DNA of 64,000 nucleotides from Bacillota bacterium (GCA_021827745.1 JAKAUI010000045.1:33563-97562), one strand, 5' to 3'. Shown: positions 1 through 10,317, counted from the stretch's first letter. Notes: a model not told the origin generated them from the sequence alone. Numbers and translations: made by a program.

Positions 1-6
1 CCCGCA

Positions 7-2178
7 TCAGGTCGCCTTCTGGCGGGCCACCCGCTGCACCGAGATCACCTCCGGCAGGGTCCCGAGCTGTTCGATCAGTCGGGACAGCTCGCCGATGTTC
101 TTGATCTCCACCACGACCACCACCGCCGCAGTCGCGTTGCGATAGCCACGCGCCCTGGCGGACAGAATGTTCACCCGGTTGGCCGCCAGGATGGTGGCGA
201 CATCGGCCAAAAGACCGGAGCGGTCAAGCGCCCGCACCTCGATCTCGACCGTGTAGCTGCCGGTGGACTCCTTGTGCACGGCTCCCGCCCAGTTCACCTC
301 GATCATCCGCCCGGAGTCCTGTTCCAGGTGGCGCAGGTTGTAGCAGTCGGTGCGGTGCACGGTGATGCCGCGGCCACGGCTGACATAGCCGACGATCGGC
401 TCGCCGGGCACCGGCGAGCAGCATCCGGCCAGGTGCACCAGGAGATTCTCCGCCCCCTGCACCACGATGCCGGAGGACGCCCCAGGCGCCCTGCGCACGT
501 GCTCCACAGCGGAATCGGGCGGCAGTTCTGGAGGCGCCGCTGGCAGTTTCTCGCGCAGCCTGGAGATGACCTGGCCGACCGAAAAGCCACCGTAGCCGAT
601 GGCGGCCAGAAGATCGTCCCCCGACTGGTAGCGGTGCCGACGGCCGATCTCGCCCAGCCACTCGTCCTTCACGAGCATCTCCGGATCGAGCCCCAGCCGC
701 CTCGCCTCGCGCTCCAGGAGGTCGCGGCCCTGGCGCACGTTCTCCTCGCGGTTCTTCGCCTTGAACCACTGGCGGATTCGATTCCTGGCAGTCGAGGTGT
801 TGGCGAACTGCAGCCAGTCCGCCGATGGGCCGCGGGCTGTCTTGGAGGTGATGATCTCGATGATGTCGCCGTTATGCAGGTGATAGTCCAACGTCACGAT
901 GTGGCCGTTTGCCTTGGCGCCGATCGTCCGGTGACCGACGTCGGTATGGATGCGGTAGGCGAAGTCGATCGGGGTGGCGCCGCGCGGCAGCTCCAGCACC
1001 ATGCCCTTGGGCGTGAACACGAACACCTCGTCGGAGAAGAGGTCGACCTTCATGCTCTCGAAGAACTCGTGCGGCTCGCTGACGTCGCCCTGGATCTCAA
1101 GCACCTGGCGCAGCCAGGCCAGCCTCTGGTTGAAGCGGGGATCGGTCTGGCCCTCTTTGTAGATCCAGTGGGCGGCGATGCCGTACTCGGCGGTGTGGTG
1201 CATCTCCACGGTTCGGATCTGGACCTCGAAGGGCCGTCCGTCCGCCCCCAGCACAGTGGTGTGCAGCGACTGGTACAGGTTTGACTTCGGCATCGCCACG
1301 TAGTCCTTGAACCGTCCCGGGATCGGCGTGAACAGGGTGTGCACGATGCCGAGCACCCCGTAGCATTCGCGGGCGGAGTCGACCAACACGCGCACGGCGA
1401 TCAGGTCGTAGATCTCCCGAAAGTCCCGACCCTCGCGCTTGATCTTCTGGTAGATCGAATAGAAGCTCTTTGGCCGGCCCTGCACCTCGGCCCTGATCCC
1501 GTGCTCTTCCAGCGCCTTGGTCAGGGCGCTGACGATGGCGGCGATCTGGGCCTCGCGCTCCTTGCGCTTGTCCGCCACCTTGTCGGCAATGTCGCGGTAG
1601 GCGACGGGGTCGAGGTGCCTGAGCGACAGGTCCTCCAGCTCCCACTTCAGCCGGCTCATGCCCAGGCGATGGGCGAGCGGGGCGAAGATCTCGAGCGTCT
1701 CCTGGGCGATCGCCTTCTGGCGGGGCAGGCTGAGCGCCTTCAGCGTGCGCATGTTGTGCAGGCGGTCGGCCAGCTTGATCATCATCACCCGCACGTCCTG
1801 GGCCATGGCCAGAAACATCTTGCGCAGATTCTCGGCCTCGGCCTCAAGGTGCGTGCTGTCCTCGAGCTGGGTCAGCTTGGTGACGCCGTCGACCAAGCTG
1901 GCGACTTCGGCGCCTAGTTCCCGCTCGATCTCGGCCAGGGAGAGCGCGGTGTCTTCCACGGCGTCGTGGAGGATGGCGGCGGCCAGGGTGACGCTGTCCA
2001 TCCGCAGCTCAGCCAGGATCTGGGCCACGGCCAACGGATGGGTGACGAAGGCGTCCCCGCTCTTTCGCCGCTGGCCCTCGTGGACGCGGCTGGCCAGCGC
2101 CACCGCCCGATCGACCAGGCTGCGCTCGTCGGCAGTGAGGTAGTCGAGACCGGCCGAAAAGTCTGCCGGTGCCTTCAC
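7..2178 (-). CDS. relA: Bifunctional (p)ppGpp synthetase/hydrolase RelA/SpoT family
   Basis: 723-aa ORF with an HD hydrolase motif (HDAVEDT), a RelA/SpoT synthetase region, and TGS and C-terminal ACT regions. Its position after apt and recJ matches Firmicutes synteny. Confidence 0.95.
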   Translation of the reverse strand: MKAPADFSAGLDYLTADERSLVDRAVALASRVHEGQRRKSGDAFVTHPLAVAQILAELRMDSVTLAAAILHDAVEDTALSLAEIERELGAEVASLVDGVTKLTQLEDSTHLEAEAENLRKMFLAMAQDVRVMMIKLADRLHNMRTLKALSLPRQKAIAQETLEIFAPLAHRLGMSRLKWELEDLSLRHLDPVAYRDIADKVADKRKEREAQIAAIVSALTKALEEHGIRAEVQGRPKSFYSIYQKIKREGRDFREIYDLIAVRVLVDSARECYGVLGIVHTLFTPIPGRFKDYVAMPKSNLYQSLHTTVLGADGRPFEVQIRTVEMHHTAEYGIAAHWIYKEGQTDPRFNQRLAWLRQVLEIQGDVSEPHEFFESMKVDLFSDEVFVFTPKGMVLELPRGATPIDFAYRIHTDVGHRTIGAKANGHIVTLDYHLHNGDIIEIITSKTARGPSADWLQFANTSTARNRIRQWFKAKNREENVRQGRDLLEREARRLGLDPEMLVKDEWLGEIGRRHRYQSGDDLLAAIGYGGFSVGQVISRLREKLPAAPPELPPDSAVEHVRRAPGASSGIVVQGAENLLVHLAGCCSPVPGEPIVGYVSRGRGITVHRTDCYNLRHLEQDSGRMIEVNWAGAVHKESTGSYTVEIEVRALDRSGLLADVATILAANRVNILSARARGYRNATAAVVVVVEIKNIGELSRLIEQLGTLPEVISVQRVARQKAT

Positions 2179-2200
2179 GCCGTCACCCCCCAGCGAGGAC

Positions 2201-2716
2201 TCAGTTCACCTTGAGCACCGAGAACACGGGTGCATCTCCCAAAGAGGCGCGGCCAGGCAGGAACGCGAGCTCGACCAGAAACCCAAAGCCGACCGTCTTG
2301 CCGCCCAGGCGTTGGACCAAGTCCGCCGTCGCCAGCACCGTGCCCCCGGTTGCCAGAAGGTCGTCCACCACCAGCACCCGCTGCCCGGGCAAAAGGGCGT
2401 CGCGGTGGATTTCCAGCCTGGCCTCTCCGTATTCCAGCTGGTAGGCGCCCTGCTCGATCTGGTGCGGCAGTTTGCCCGGCTTGCGCACCGGAACGAACCC
2501 CTTGCCGAGCTGAAGGGCCAGGGGGGCCCCCAACAGGAAGCCGCGGGCCTCCGGGGCCACCACCAGGTCGAATTCCAGGGCAGAAGCCCAGGTCACGATC
2601 TGGTCGAAGGCCTGTCGGAAGGCGCTGTGGTCTTGCAGAAGGGGTGTGATGTCGACGAAGCGGATGCCCGGGTGCGGAAAGTCAGGGACGATCCTGAGCT
2701 TTTGGGCCAGATCCAC
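2201..2716 (-). CDS. apt: Adenine phosphoribosyltransferase
   Basis: 171 aa with the PRTase motif VLVVDDLLATGGT and the typical Apt N-terminus (DFPHPGIRFVDIT). Confidence 0.9.
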   Translation of the reverse strand: MDLAQKLRIVPDFPHPGIRFVDITPLLQDHSAFRQAFDQIVTWASALEFDLVVAPEARGFLLGAPLALQLGKGFVPVRKPGKLPHQIEQGAYQLEYGEARLEIHRDALLPGQRVLVVDDLLATGGTVLATADLVQRLGGKTVGFGFLVELAFLPGRASLGDAPVFSVLKVN

Positions 2717-2729
2717 GGCGACACACCCC

Positions 2730-4979
2730 TCACCCGCGACTGTCAGGCTCCGGCGGCACAGTCGCCACGCCTACCGTAACACAATGGCGTCTGGCGCCAA
2801 AACGCCCAAACGTAGGGCTGGAGAGGAGATCCACCTTCTGGTCCGACTCTTCTGACCCGTTCAGCTTAAGTTCGGCCAGCACCTGTGCACTGAGCTGGCG
2901 CTTTACAGGGTCGGCCGGCAAAGAGGCTTGCACCCGACCCATCTGCCGCCAGAGGGCGACCACGTCCGCGCGCGCCAGCATCGGTGCTTTGGCCCGGCCA
3001 GGCAGGGCGTACGCCTGGCGCCAGCCGCGCGCCCGCCACCTCTGCATCTCCTGGACTGTCGGCGGGTCCAAAAAGGCGATCGTCTGACCCATTCCCTCAG
3101 CCGGCGGCAGATACCCGATCCAGGCCCTGACCCATCCTTCATCCTCAATCTCCTGCCATCTGCCAGATGAAAGGCCTGGCCCCATCGGCAGCACCTGCGG
3201 CTCTGACTCCCGCCGTGCCCAGGCCCGGCTCAGATCTGCCGTCACTAGGAGCAGCGAACCGACCTGATCGGCCAGGGTCTGCCAGTCGTCGAGCCAGGGG
3301 AGCAGTTCGAGGGAAGCGCCTTCGCTCGGCTCGATCTCGCCGGCTCCGCTGAACCAGATGTCCATGGCCTGCTCCCAGAGGGACGGGCGCAGACTTGCCA
3401 CCACCAGGCGGCTGCGGTGGGCGAAGGGGTCGTCCTCCAGGCCGCCGATGGCGTCGACCAAAGTCGGCAGGCTGCCTTGTTCGCCGCCGCCCCACCAGAC
3501 GGCCGACAGCGCGTCCAGCGAAAAGGCGAGATGGCGGCCGCCGTCTCCAATCTGACGCAGGCCGCCAATCTCGGCACTCGGCCTCAGCCATCTCGGCGTC
3601 TCAAACGAAGCCCCAAACGGCTTCAGCTGCTCCTGGGCGGAGAGCACCAGGGCGGCCTCGGCGGCAGTCAGGACGCCGTCGACCGTTAGGGTAGGGGCCT
3701 CTTGGGCGGCAAGCTCCCGGCGCAGGATCTCCCAGAGCCGAGGCAGGGCACTGGCAGACGTCTCGAAGCCGGCCGCCTGGGCGTGGCCGCCGTAGCGCGA
3801 GAGCAGCCCTTCGGCCGCAGCCAGGGCCTGTCGCACATCGGTGCCGATCGGTCCGCGGGCTGACCCGATCACCTGCTCGCCGCTGACGGCCGCGACCACA
3901 GTCGGCCGGCCCATCTGCCCGCACAGCCGGGAGGCCAGGATGCCGATCAGGCCCGGAGACCAGCCTGTTCCGGAGATCAGGATCGGGCCGGACTCGGGAT
4001 TGGCGGCGATCGCGGCCTCGCTCTCTGCCACCAGCGCCGCCAGTCCCTCCCGTCGCTCGGCGTTGACCATCTCCACCCGCTGGGCAAGCGTCTTGGCCTC
4101 GTCCACCTCAGCCAGAAGCAGCCGTACGCCGTCGTCCGGCGAGCCCATCCGTCCCAGGCTGTTCAGCCGAGGAGCCAGTCGAAAGGCAACGTCCTGTTCG
4201 TCCAGGGGCCGGCGCACCCTGGCCTGGTCTAGCAGGGAGCGCAACCCCGCTCGGGCGCTTGTGCTGATCTGGCGCAGGCCCTGCTGGACAATCCAGCGGT
4301 TGGCGCCGCGCAGCGGCACCTGATCGGCAACCGTTCCAAGTGCCGCCAAGTCGAGCACGCCCGTAGGGTCAAGACCCAAGGCCTCGGTCAGAACGAAGGC
4401 GAGGCCCGCTCCGCAAAGCGGCGGCCGGCCCGGCGCGGTCGCCGGGCTGATGATGACCCTGGCCTGGGGCAACGCTGCGTCCGGCAGGTGGTGGTCGACC
4501 ACCACCAGATCGAGGCCGAGCTCGGCAGCCAAGGCTGCCTCTTCTGTCGCCGTGATCCCGCAGTCGACCGCCACCAAAACCTCGACACCGGCCTCAAAGG
4601 CGGCCTGGACCGCGGCTGTGGTCAGCCCGTATCCGCCCTGGAACCGGTTGGGCAGCTGCCAGCTGACCGCCCCGGCCAGCTGCCGGAGTGCCAAGACGGT
4701 GATGGCCGTCGCCGCCATGCCGTCCACATCATAGTCCCCGAACACGAGCACCGATCGGCCCTTCACGGCGAGGTACAGCTCCTGACGCTCTCGGTCGGTC
4801 AAAAACTGCTGCCAGGTGGGCGGCTCGGGCCGGGCGATCTCCTGATTGAACGTCTCGGCGTCGAATCCGCGCCGCACCATCACCTCGGCCAGCGGTCCGG
4901 CAAGACCAGTCTTGTCGGTAAACGCCGCCACCTGGTCCCGGGCGGCCGGGGCCATCTTGAACACAAGTGGCAGGGTCAC
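2730..4979 (-). CDS. recJ: Single-stranded-DNA-specific exonuclease RecJ
   Basis: 749 aa with a DHH motif (VFGDYDVDGM...DHH) and DHHA1 region plus a C-terminal extension, as in Bacillus/Thermus RecJ. It lies between a yrvD-like gene and apt. Confidence 0.9.
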   Translation of the reverse strand: MTLPLVFKMAPAARDQVAAFTDKTGLAGPLAEVMVRRGFDAETFNQEIARPEPPTWQQFLTDRERQELYLAVKGRSVLVFGDYDVDGMAATAITVLALRQLAGAVSWQLPNRFQGGYGLTTAAVQAAFEAGVEVLVAVDCGITATEEAALAAELGLDLVVVDHHLPDAALPQARVIISPATAPGRPPLCGAGLAFVLTEALGLDPTGVLDLAALGTVADQVPLRGANRWIVQQGLRQISTSARAGLRSLLDQARVRRPLDEQDVAFRLAPRLNSLGRMGSPDDGVRLLLAEVDEAKTLAQRVEMVNAERREGLAALVAESEAAIAANPESGPILISGTGWSPGLIGILASRLCGQMGRPTVVAAVSGEQVIGSARGPIGTDVRQALAAAEGLLSRYGGHAQAAGFETSASALPRLWEILRRELAAQEAPTLTVDGVLTAAEAALVLSAQEQLKPFGASFETPRWLRPSAEIGGLRQIGDGGRHLAFSLDALSAVWWGGGEQGSLPTLVDAIGGLEDDPFAHRSRLVVASLRPSLWEQAMDIWFSGAGEIEPSEGASLELLPWLDDWQTLADQVGSLLLVTADLSRAWARRESEPQVLPMGPGLSSGRWQEIEDEGWVRAWIGYLPPAEGMGQTIAFLDPPTVQEMQRWRARGWRQAYALPGRAKAPMLARADVVALWRQMGRVQASLPADPVKRQLSAQVLAELKLNGSEESDQKVDLLSSPTFGRFGARRHCVTVGVATVPPEPDSRG

Positions 4980-5314
4980 TGGGGGGAGTCAGGTGGCGGC
5001 TGGGCGCCTTCTTCCGACTTCGAGGCTCCCTCGGTCTCCTTGAGCGCCGCCTGGTGTGCGCCGACCGCCAGGTCACGCTCAGCCTTCAGCTGCTTCAGCT
5101 CCTGGCGATGGCTCGCCCGCATCCTCCACATCTGACTGGCGCCAAAAAGCGCCCCCAGGACCACGCCGACCAAGGCAGACAGCAAGATGACCAGCACCAG
5201 GCTGACCTGGGGCAAGGTCCAGAAATAGGCCTGAATCGTCACGGCGTGGGCGTTTTGCACGGCGAAGACCGCGACCAAAATCGCGAGCACTAACCCTACG
5301 AGCATGCTCCGCAC
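4976..5314 (-). CDS. Small membrane protein, LapA/DUF1049-like (yrvD-like)
   Basis: 112 aa with two hydrophobic helices and a charged C-terminal tail. Its position between secF and recJ matches yrvD in Bacillus. GTG start, and its stop overlaps the recJ start by 4 nt. Confidence 0.5.
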   Translation of the reverse strand: MRSMLVGLVLAILVAVFAVQNAHAVTIQAYFWTLPQVSLVLVILLSALVGVVLGALFGASQMWRMRASHRQELKQLKAERDLAVGAHQAALKETEGASKSEEGAQPPPDSPQ

Positions 5315-5402
5315 GACGCATTCCCCCTCGCTGTATCGTATTTCTCCGTACGCAAGGGCAAACCTGTCTCATTGTGGCTCCTGGCCTCGGTTGCGCGCAC
5401 CA

Positions 5403-5441
5403 GCCGCCAAGACGAGGCGCCCGGTCATCGGGACCGGGCGC
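5403..5441 (-). terminator. Rho-independent terminator candidate downstream of secF
   Basis: Perfect 11-bp GC stem (GGCGCCCGGTC / GACCGGGCGCC) with a 5-nt loop, followed on the minus strand by UCGUCUUGG. Confidence 0.5.
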
Positions 5442-5459
5442 CTGCTCGATCAATGCCCC

Positions 5460-6470
5460 TTAGCGGCGCCGGCGCCGCTTGCGGCCGCGTCCTCGGTTCT
5501 GAGGAGTGCGTCGGCGCACGGCCTGCTCCGCCTCCGGGTCAGCCACCAGGGCCTGGCGCTTTGGGGCAGGCGCTCGGCCCACGCGCACGGCAGTCGCCGC
5601 CGCCTCGGCCTCGACCCTAGACATCCAGTCGAACCAGATCGGCGAGGCGAGAAGGATCGAGGAGTAGGCGCCAAACACCACGCCGATGACGACCGTGGCG
5701 GCCAGATCCTGGGTGGTGGCCCCGCCCAGGAATAAGATGGCCAGCATGGCGACCACCACCACCGTGGCGGTGGCGATCGATCGGCCCAGCGTCTGGTTCA
5801 GGCTGAGATTGACGATCTCGGCCAGGCTCTCCTTGCCCCGCTTCTTCAGGTTCTCCCGCACCCGGTCGAAGATGATGATACGGTCGTTGATCGAATAGCC
5901 GATGATGGTCAGCACTCCAGCCACGAACGGCGCATTGACCGTGAAGTGGATCAGGGCCACCAATCCCAGAGAGACGAAGGCGTCCCAGAACACGGCAAAG
6001 ATGCCGGCCACGGCAAAGCGCAGGTCGAAGCGGATCATCATGTACAGGATGATGCCGAGCGAGGCGAGCAGCACGGCGATCACGCCGCCCTGCACCACCT
6101 GCGAGGAGAAGCTGCCGGTGACCTTGGTGAAGCTCGTGATCGTATAGGGCCCGACGCTCTTGGTGAGGCTCTGGTCAACCTTCGCCCGCAGGGTCTCGGA
6201 AACGGCCGGCATCGAGATCTGGACGTTCTGGTCGCCCTTTCCGAGGTAGACGGCGAAGTAGTTGCTGATCCCGTCCTTGCGCAAGGTGGCGTCCACCGCC
6301 GAAAGCTGCACTGGCTTGTTGAAGTGCACCTGCATCTGGATGCCGCCCGTGAAGTCGATGCCCAGATTCAGGCCGCGCAGGAAGAAGCCGCCGACAGCCA
6401 CCACCAGGATGACCGCCGACAGGATGTAGAACTGGCGGCGGCGGCCCATGAAGTCAAAGTTAAAGCGCAT
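5460..6470 (-). CDS. secF: Protein translocase subunit SecF
   Basis: 336 aa with the SecF N-terminus (FDFMGRRRQFYILSAV) and 6 TMS. It has an unusual Arg-rich C-terminal tail. Confidence 0.9.
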   Translation of the reverse strand: MRFNFDFMGRRRQFYILSAVILVVAVGGFFLRGLNLGIDFTGGIQMQVHFNKPVQLSAVDATLRKDGISNYFAVYLGKGDQNVQISMPAVSETLRAKVDQSLTKSVGPYTITSFTKVTGSFSSQVVQGGVIAVLLASLGIILYMMIRFDLRFAVAGIFAVFWDAFVSLGLVALIHFTVNAPFVAGVLTIIGYSINDRIIIFDRVRENLKKRGKESLAEIVNLSLNQTLGRSIATATVVVVAMLAILFLGGATTQDLAATVVIGVVFGAYSSILLASPIWFDWMSRVEAEAAATAVRVGRAPAPKRQALVADPEAEQAVRRRTPQNRGRGRKRRRRR

Positions 6471-6485
6471 GCCCGTTGACTGCCC

Positions 6486-7733
6486 CTATCCCAAAAAGAC
6501 TTTCAGATTGCCGACCAGCACCGAGTCCTCGGCCAGGCGCAGAAGGTAGCGGGTGAAGACAATGGCCGTCAGAAAGCTGATCGCCACGCCAAGACCAAGG
6601 GTCACGGCGAAGCCGCGCACATCGCCCGAGCCAAAATAGTAGAGCACGATGGCGGCGATGATGGTCGACACGTTCGAGTCCAAGATGGCGCGAAAGGCGT
6701 TCCTGAACCCCTTGTCCAGAGCCGTCTTCATGCTGAGTCCACTGCGGAGCTCTTCCCGGACCCTGGCGAAGATGATGACATTGGCGTCGACGGCGATGCC
6801 GGCGGACAAGATGACGCCGGCCACGGCCGGCAGGGTCATCACGAAGCCAAGGGCGACCAAGACGCCGACAAACAGCATCAGGTAGAAGACGAGCGCCATG
6901 TCGGCCAGAAAGCCAGCCAGCCGATAGGCCGCCACCATGAACAGGCCGATCAGCGCCATGGCCACCAGCCCGGCGATCTCTGACGCATGGATGGAAGACG
7001 CCCCTAGGGTGGCGGACACGGCGGTCGCCTCGATGATCTTGAGCGGCACCGGCAGGGCGCCCGAGCTGAGCAGCGTGGCCAGCGTCTGGGCCTGCTGCAG
7101 GGTGCCGATGCCTGTGATCTGGGCATTGCCGTTTGTGATCACGGCCTGGACGGTGGCCGTCTCGATGTTCTTGCCGTCGAGGTAGATCGAGATCGGCTGG
7201 TGCAGATAGGCCTGGGTGGCGGTGGCGAACGCCTTGGTTCCGGCGGCGTCGAAGGTGAGGTTGATCACCGCTCCGCTGCCTCCGGTTCCGGCCAGGGCGG
7301 CCTGGGCCGAGACCAGATCGGCCCCGGACAGGATCGGCTGGCCCTTCGGTCCCTTGAACTCGAGCTGGGCCGTCTGACCGAGGGCCGTGATTGCCTGCTG
7401 CTGGTTCTTGATGCCAGGAAGCTGGGCCACAATCTGATTCTGGTTCTGGATCTGGATGACCGGAGACGATACGCCGAAGCCGTTGGCCCGAAAGGCGATG
7501 ATGGTCTCAACCTTTTGCATGTCGGCGGCCGTCACCGGCTTGGTCGCCTGGAGCACGACCTGCACGCCGCCCTGCAGGTCGAGGCCCTGCTTGACATAGC
7601 GCAGCACCGGATTGACGCTCGTGAAGTAGTAAGCCAGTCCCACCAGCAACACCAAGATGGCGACCAGCCCGCTGATTCCTCTGCCCGTCATGGGAGACCT
7701 CCCTAGGTCGATCTGAGTGCCTGAGCGCCACAC
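6486..7733 (-). CDS. secD: Protein translocase subunit SecD
   Basis: 415 aa with a periplasmic domain and a C-terminal 6-TMS SecD region, adjacent to secF. The true start may be the internal Met (MTGRGISG). Confidence 0.9.
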   Translation of the reverse strand: MWRSGTQIDLGRSPMTGRGISGLVAILVLLVGLAYYFTSVNPVLRYVKQGLDLQGGVQVVLQATKPVTAADMQKVETIIAFRANGFGVSSPVIQIQNQNQIVAQLPGIKNQQQAITALGQTAQLEFKGPKGQPILSGADLVSAQAALAGTGGSGAVINLTFDAAGTKAFATATQAYLHQPISIYLDGKNIETATVQAVITNGNAQITGIGTLQQAQTLATLLSSGALPVPLKIIEATAVSATLGASSIHASEIAGLVAMALIGLFMVAAYRLAGFLADMALVFYLMLFVGVLVALGFVMTLPAVAGVILSAGIAVDANVIIFARVREELRSGLSMKTALDKGFRNAFRAILDSNVSTIIAAIVLYYFGSGDVRGFAVTLGLGVAISFLTAIVFTRYLLRLAEDSVLVGNLKVFLG

Positions 7734-7800
7734 GAGCCGGCCACGGGGATTATATCAGAACACCCACGGCCCACCACCAGCCTCCGCCCAACAACGCCGC

Positions 7801-9663
7801 TTAGCGAAACGGGCGCCGCACCTCTCCCACCCGTCTGGTCAGGCGCCGGCCGTCGAAGTACTCGAGCAGCGGAATCGCATAGCGGCGCGAGGTAGAGAGC
7901 AGATCGCGAAACTCTCCGGCGGTCATCTGCGGGTGCGTGTCAAACCAGTCGTTCACCCGCTTTGCGGCCTCCTTGAGGGCGTCTTGGGTGAACAGCCACT
8001 CTCCAATGCGCACCACCCGAGAACTGGCCGCCAGATAGCGGCCGAGCCGGTCCACCTCACCCTCGGAGGCAGCCAGCGAGCGGGCCAGTTCGGCGGCGCT
8101 GGGTGGCATGAAGGGCGTCTTGGCCAGCTGCTCGAGCAGGCGGCGGGCCGGTTGCTCCAGCGGATTCTCAGGATCTGCCCGCAGCTCGGGCAGGCCGATC
8201 ACACCGTCGCCCAGGCGGATGGTCTGCGATCGCTCTAAGGCGGCCATCACCTGAGCGAAGGTAGGACCATCCAGCTCCCGGTACAGTCGCTGACGGATCG
8301 TCTCCGCCCGCTCCCCCAAGCGCTCTGGATGCTCTTGGCCAAGGCGCTTCAGGTAGGCGATCAGCGCCTGCTCCCTGGCTCGGAGTACCGCTTGGCCCAG
8401 CCACTGGTCGCCGATGCGCACGAGCACGCCCTTGCGCTCCAGATCGACCAATAGCTGGTCGGAGGCGCCAGAGACAGATCCCAGGCGCAGCAGGCGACTG
8501 GCCGCAACCTCCAGTCGGCCGCCGGCGCCGCCGGTCTCCATCTTGGTCAGGTCGGCCAGATCCTGCTGGTGATGGCGGCGAAAATGGCCAGAGGTGGCGA
8601 TCACCACGCCGCCGCCGACGGTCGCCTGCGGGGCAACCTGACGCAGCACCATGCGATCTCCGGCCAGAAGCCACAGGGGGTGTTCCAGCCGGATGCGGAC
8701 CAGCGCCGTCTCACCACCGCTCACCCGATCGGCGTCCAAGAGCACCACCCTGCCCACCACCTCAAAGGTGAGGGCGTGGATGTGCAGTCTCTGGTCCGTT
8801 TTGATCGCGTGCTCCCCTGCTAACACGCTCACTCTGGCATAGACGGTGTCGGTGCGATCGCCGCCGCCGGCTCCCTGCACCAGGCTGCCCCGCCCCAGTT
8901 CGCTGGCCTCGGCGCCAACCAGGTTGAGCGCCACCCGCTCGCCGGCTTGGGCGCTCTTCCGGTTCTCTCCGTGCACCTGAACCTGGCGGACGCGCACGGT
9001 CTTCTGCGCCGGCACGGCCAAGAGGCGGTCGTCCACCGCCACCTGGCCGCGGAACAAGGTGCCGGTCACCACCGTGCCAAAGCCGCTGGCGACAAAGGTG
9101 CGGTCCACCGGCAGCCGGGCCGGGCCCTCGGCGCTACGTGGGGGCAGGTCGGCGGTCAGCTGGTCGATGGTCGAAAGGATGTCGGCCAGCCCGGCCCCGG
9201 TCGGGGCTGAAAAGGGCAGGATCGGCGCATTCTTCAAGAAGGTGTCGGCCAGGCGGGAGCGCAGCGCGCGCTCAATCTTGGCCTGCTGGTCGCGATCGAC
9301 CAGGTCGACCTTGGTCAGCACCACGAGCCCTCGGCCCAAGCCGAGCAGCGACAAGATCGCCAGATGCTCCTCGGTCTGCGGCATGACCCCCTCGTCGGCC
9401 GCCACCACCAGGAGCACGGCGTCCATGCCGAAGGCCCCGGCCACCATATGGCGGACGAACCGCTCGTGGCCCGGCACGTCGACGACGCCGGCCCGCCGTC
9501 CGGATGGCAGAACGAAGGGGGCGAACCCCAATTCGATCGAGATGCCGCGCCGCTTCTCCTCAGGCAGGCGGTCGGTCTCCTTCCCGGTCAAGGCCCGGAT
9601 CAAGGTGGTCTTGCCATGATCCACATGGCCCGCCGTGCCAATGATCAGGTGGGTATCGGTCAC
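7801..9663 (-). CDS. selB: Selenocysteine-specific elongation factor SelB
   Basis: GTPase N-terminus (IIGTAGHVDHGKTTL, DVPGHERF, TKVD) followed by a long C-terminal winged-helix region, about 620 aa. The track ORF extends to 9714. A GTG at 9663 gives the typical SelB N-terminus (MTDTHLIIGTAGH). Confidence 0.85.
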   Translation of the reverse strand: MTDTHLIIGTAGHVDHGKTTLIRALTGKETDRLPEEKRRGISIELGFAPFVLPSGRRAGVVDVPGHERFVRHMVAGAFGMDAVLLVVAADEGVMPQTEEHLAILSLLGLGRGLVVLTKVDLVDRDQQAKIERALRSRLADTFLKNAPILPFSAPTGAGLADILSTIDQLTADLPPRSAEGPARLPVDRTFVASGFGTVVTGTLFRGQVAVDDRLLAVPAQKTVRVRQVQVHGENRKSAQAGERVALNLVGAEASELGRGSLVQGAGGGDRTDTVYARVSVLAGEHAIKTDQRLHIHALTFEVVGRVVLLDADRVSGGETALVRIRLEHPLWLLAGDRMVLRQVAPQATVGGGVVIATSGHFRRHHQQDLADLTKMETGGAGGRLEVAASRLLRLGSVSGASDQLLVDLERKGVLVRIGDQWLGQAVLRAREQALIAYLKRLGQEHPERLGERAETIRQRLYRELDGPTFAQVMAALERSQTIRLGDGVIGLPELRADPENPLEQPARRLLEQLAKTPFMPPSAAELARSLAASEGEVDRLGRYLAASSRVVRIGEWLFTQDALKEAAKRVNDWFDTHPQMTAGEFRDLLSTSRRYAIPLLEYFDGRRLTRRVGEVRRPFR

Positions 9664-9733
9664 CTGCTCCGCCAATCCTGCCCCTCCTGCCCGGGTGTCT
9701 CCAAATTTTCCCATGAGACGGCGATAGGTTTCC

Positions 9734-9763
9734 TTGACGGGGTTTCGTGGCCACCCCTACAAT
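9734..9763 (+). promoter_or_regulatory. Sigma-A-type promoter candidate for tRNA-Pro
   Basis: TTGACG, an 18-nt spacer, then TACAAT, ending about 15 nt upstream of the tRNA 5' end. Confidence 0.45.
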
Positions 9764-9778
9764 GGGCAGGTGATTCAG

Positions 9779-9855
9779 CGGGTGGTGGCGCAGCTTGGTA
9801 GCGCGCTGCGTTCGGGACGCAGAGGTCGCAGGTTCAAATCCTGTCCACCCGACCA
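9779..9855 (+). tRNA. tRNA-Pro (anticodon CGG)
   Basis: 77 nt with a 7-bp acceptor stem (CGGGTGG/CCACCCG), anticodon loop TTCGGGA, T-arm GCAGG TTCAAAT CCTGT, discriminator A and an encoded CCA. Confidence 0.85.
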
Positions 9856-10316
9856 GTCATTTCGATGCCGTGCTTGAGGGCGGCATTTTTTGTTGCCCGG
9901 ACCAGCCCTTCTGGCACCCGCCTGGCGAGCCAGGCCTCGAGCTGGTCGGCGACGCCCGGCCAGCCCTGCTCGCCCAGCCGGCGCCGGGCCTCGGTCCAGG
10001 GTAAGAAGGCGACAGCACTTGTCTCGTCACTGGGACGCGGATGGCCAGATCGGGCCCGCATCAGCCACACCACGACCACCTTCTCGACCCCAGGAAGGCG
10101 CGGCAGCGGGTAGCGCAGGCGACCGAGGTAGCGGACCACCTCTGCCTGCACACCGGTCTCCTCCGCCACCTCGCGGCAGGCCGTCTCACAGATCCGCTCG
10201 CCCTTCTCTTGATGCCCCTTGGGCAGGGCCCACCGTCCGTGGCGATCCACTACCAACAGCACCTGGCCCTTGGCGTCGACCACAAGTCCCCCGCTCGCCA
10301 CCTCGCGCTGGCGCAT
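9834..10316 (-). CDS. NUDIX hydrolase
   Basis: 160 aa with the Nudix box [23 protein letters not shown]. Its 3' end overlaps the tRNA-Pro on the opposite strand by about 22 nt. Confidence 0.7.
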   Translation of the reverse strand: MRQREVASGGLVVDAKGQVLLVVDRHGRWALPKGHQEKGERICETACREVAEETGVQAEVVRYLGRLRYPLPRLPGVEKVVVVWLMRARSGHPRPSDETSAVAFLPWTEARRRLGEQGWPGVADQLEAWLARRVPEGLVRATKNAALKHGIEMTGRVDRI

Positions 10317-10317
10317 C

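Noticed and set aside
2730-3600. RecJ C-terminal ~280-aa extension beyond DHHA1 as a possible novel fusion.
   Set aside because: Bacillus and Thermus RecJ proteins normally carry a C-terminal OB-fold domain of similar size, and the total length of 749 aa is typical.
9779-9855. tRNA next to selB considered as a selC candidate.
   Set aside because: The anticodon loop TTCGGGA gives CGG (Pro). The tRNA is 77 nt with a normal 7/5 architecture and short variable loop. The true tRNA-Sec is at 35311-35406.
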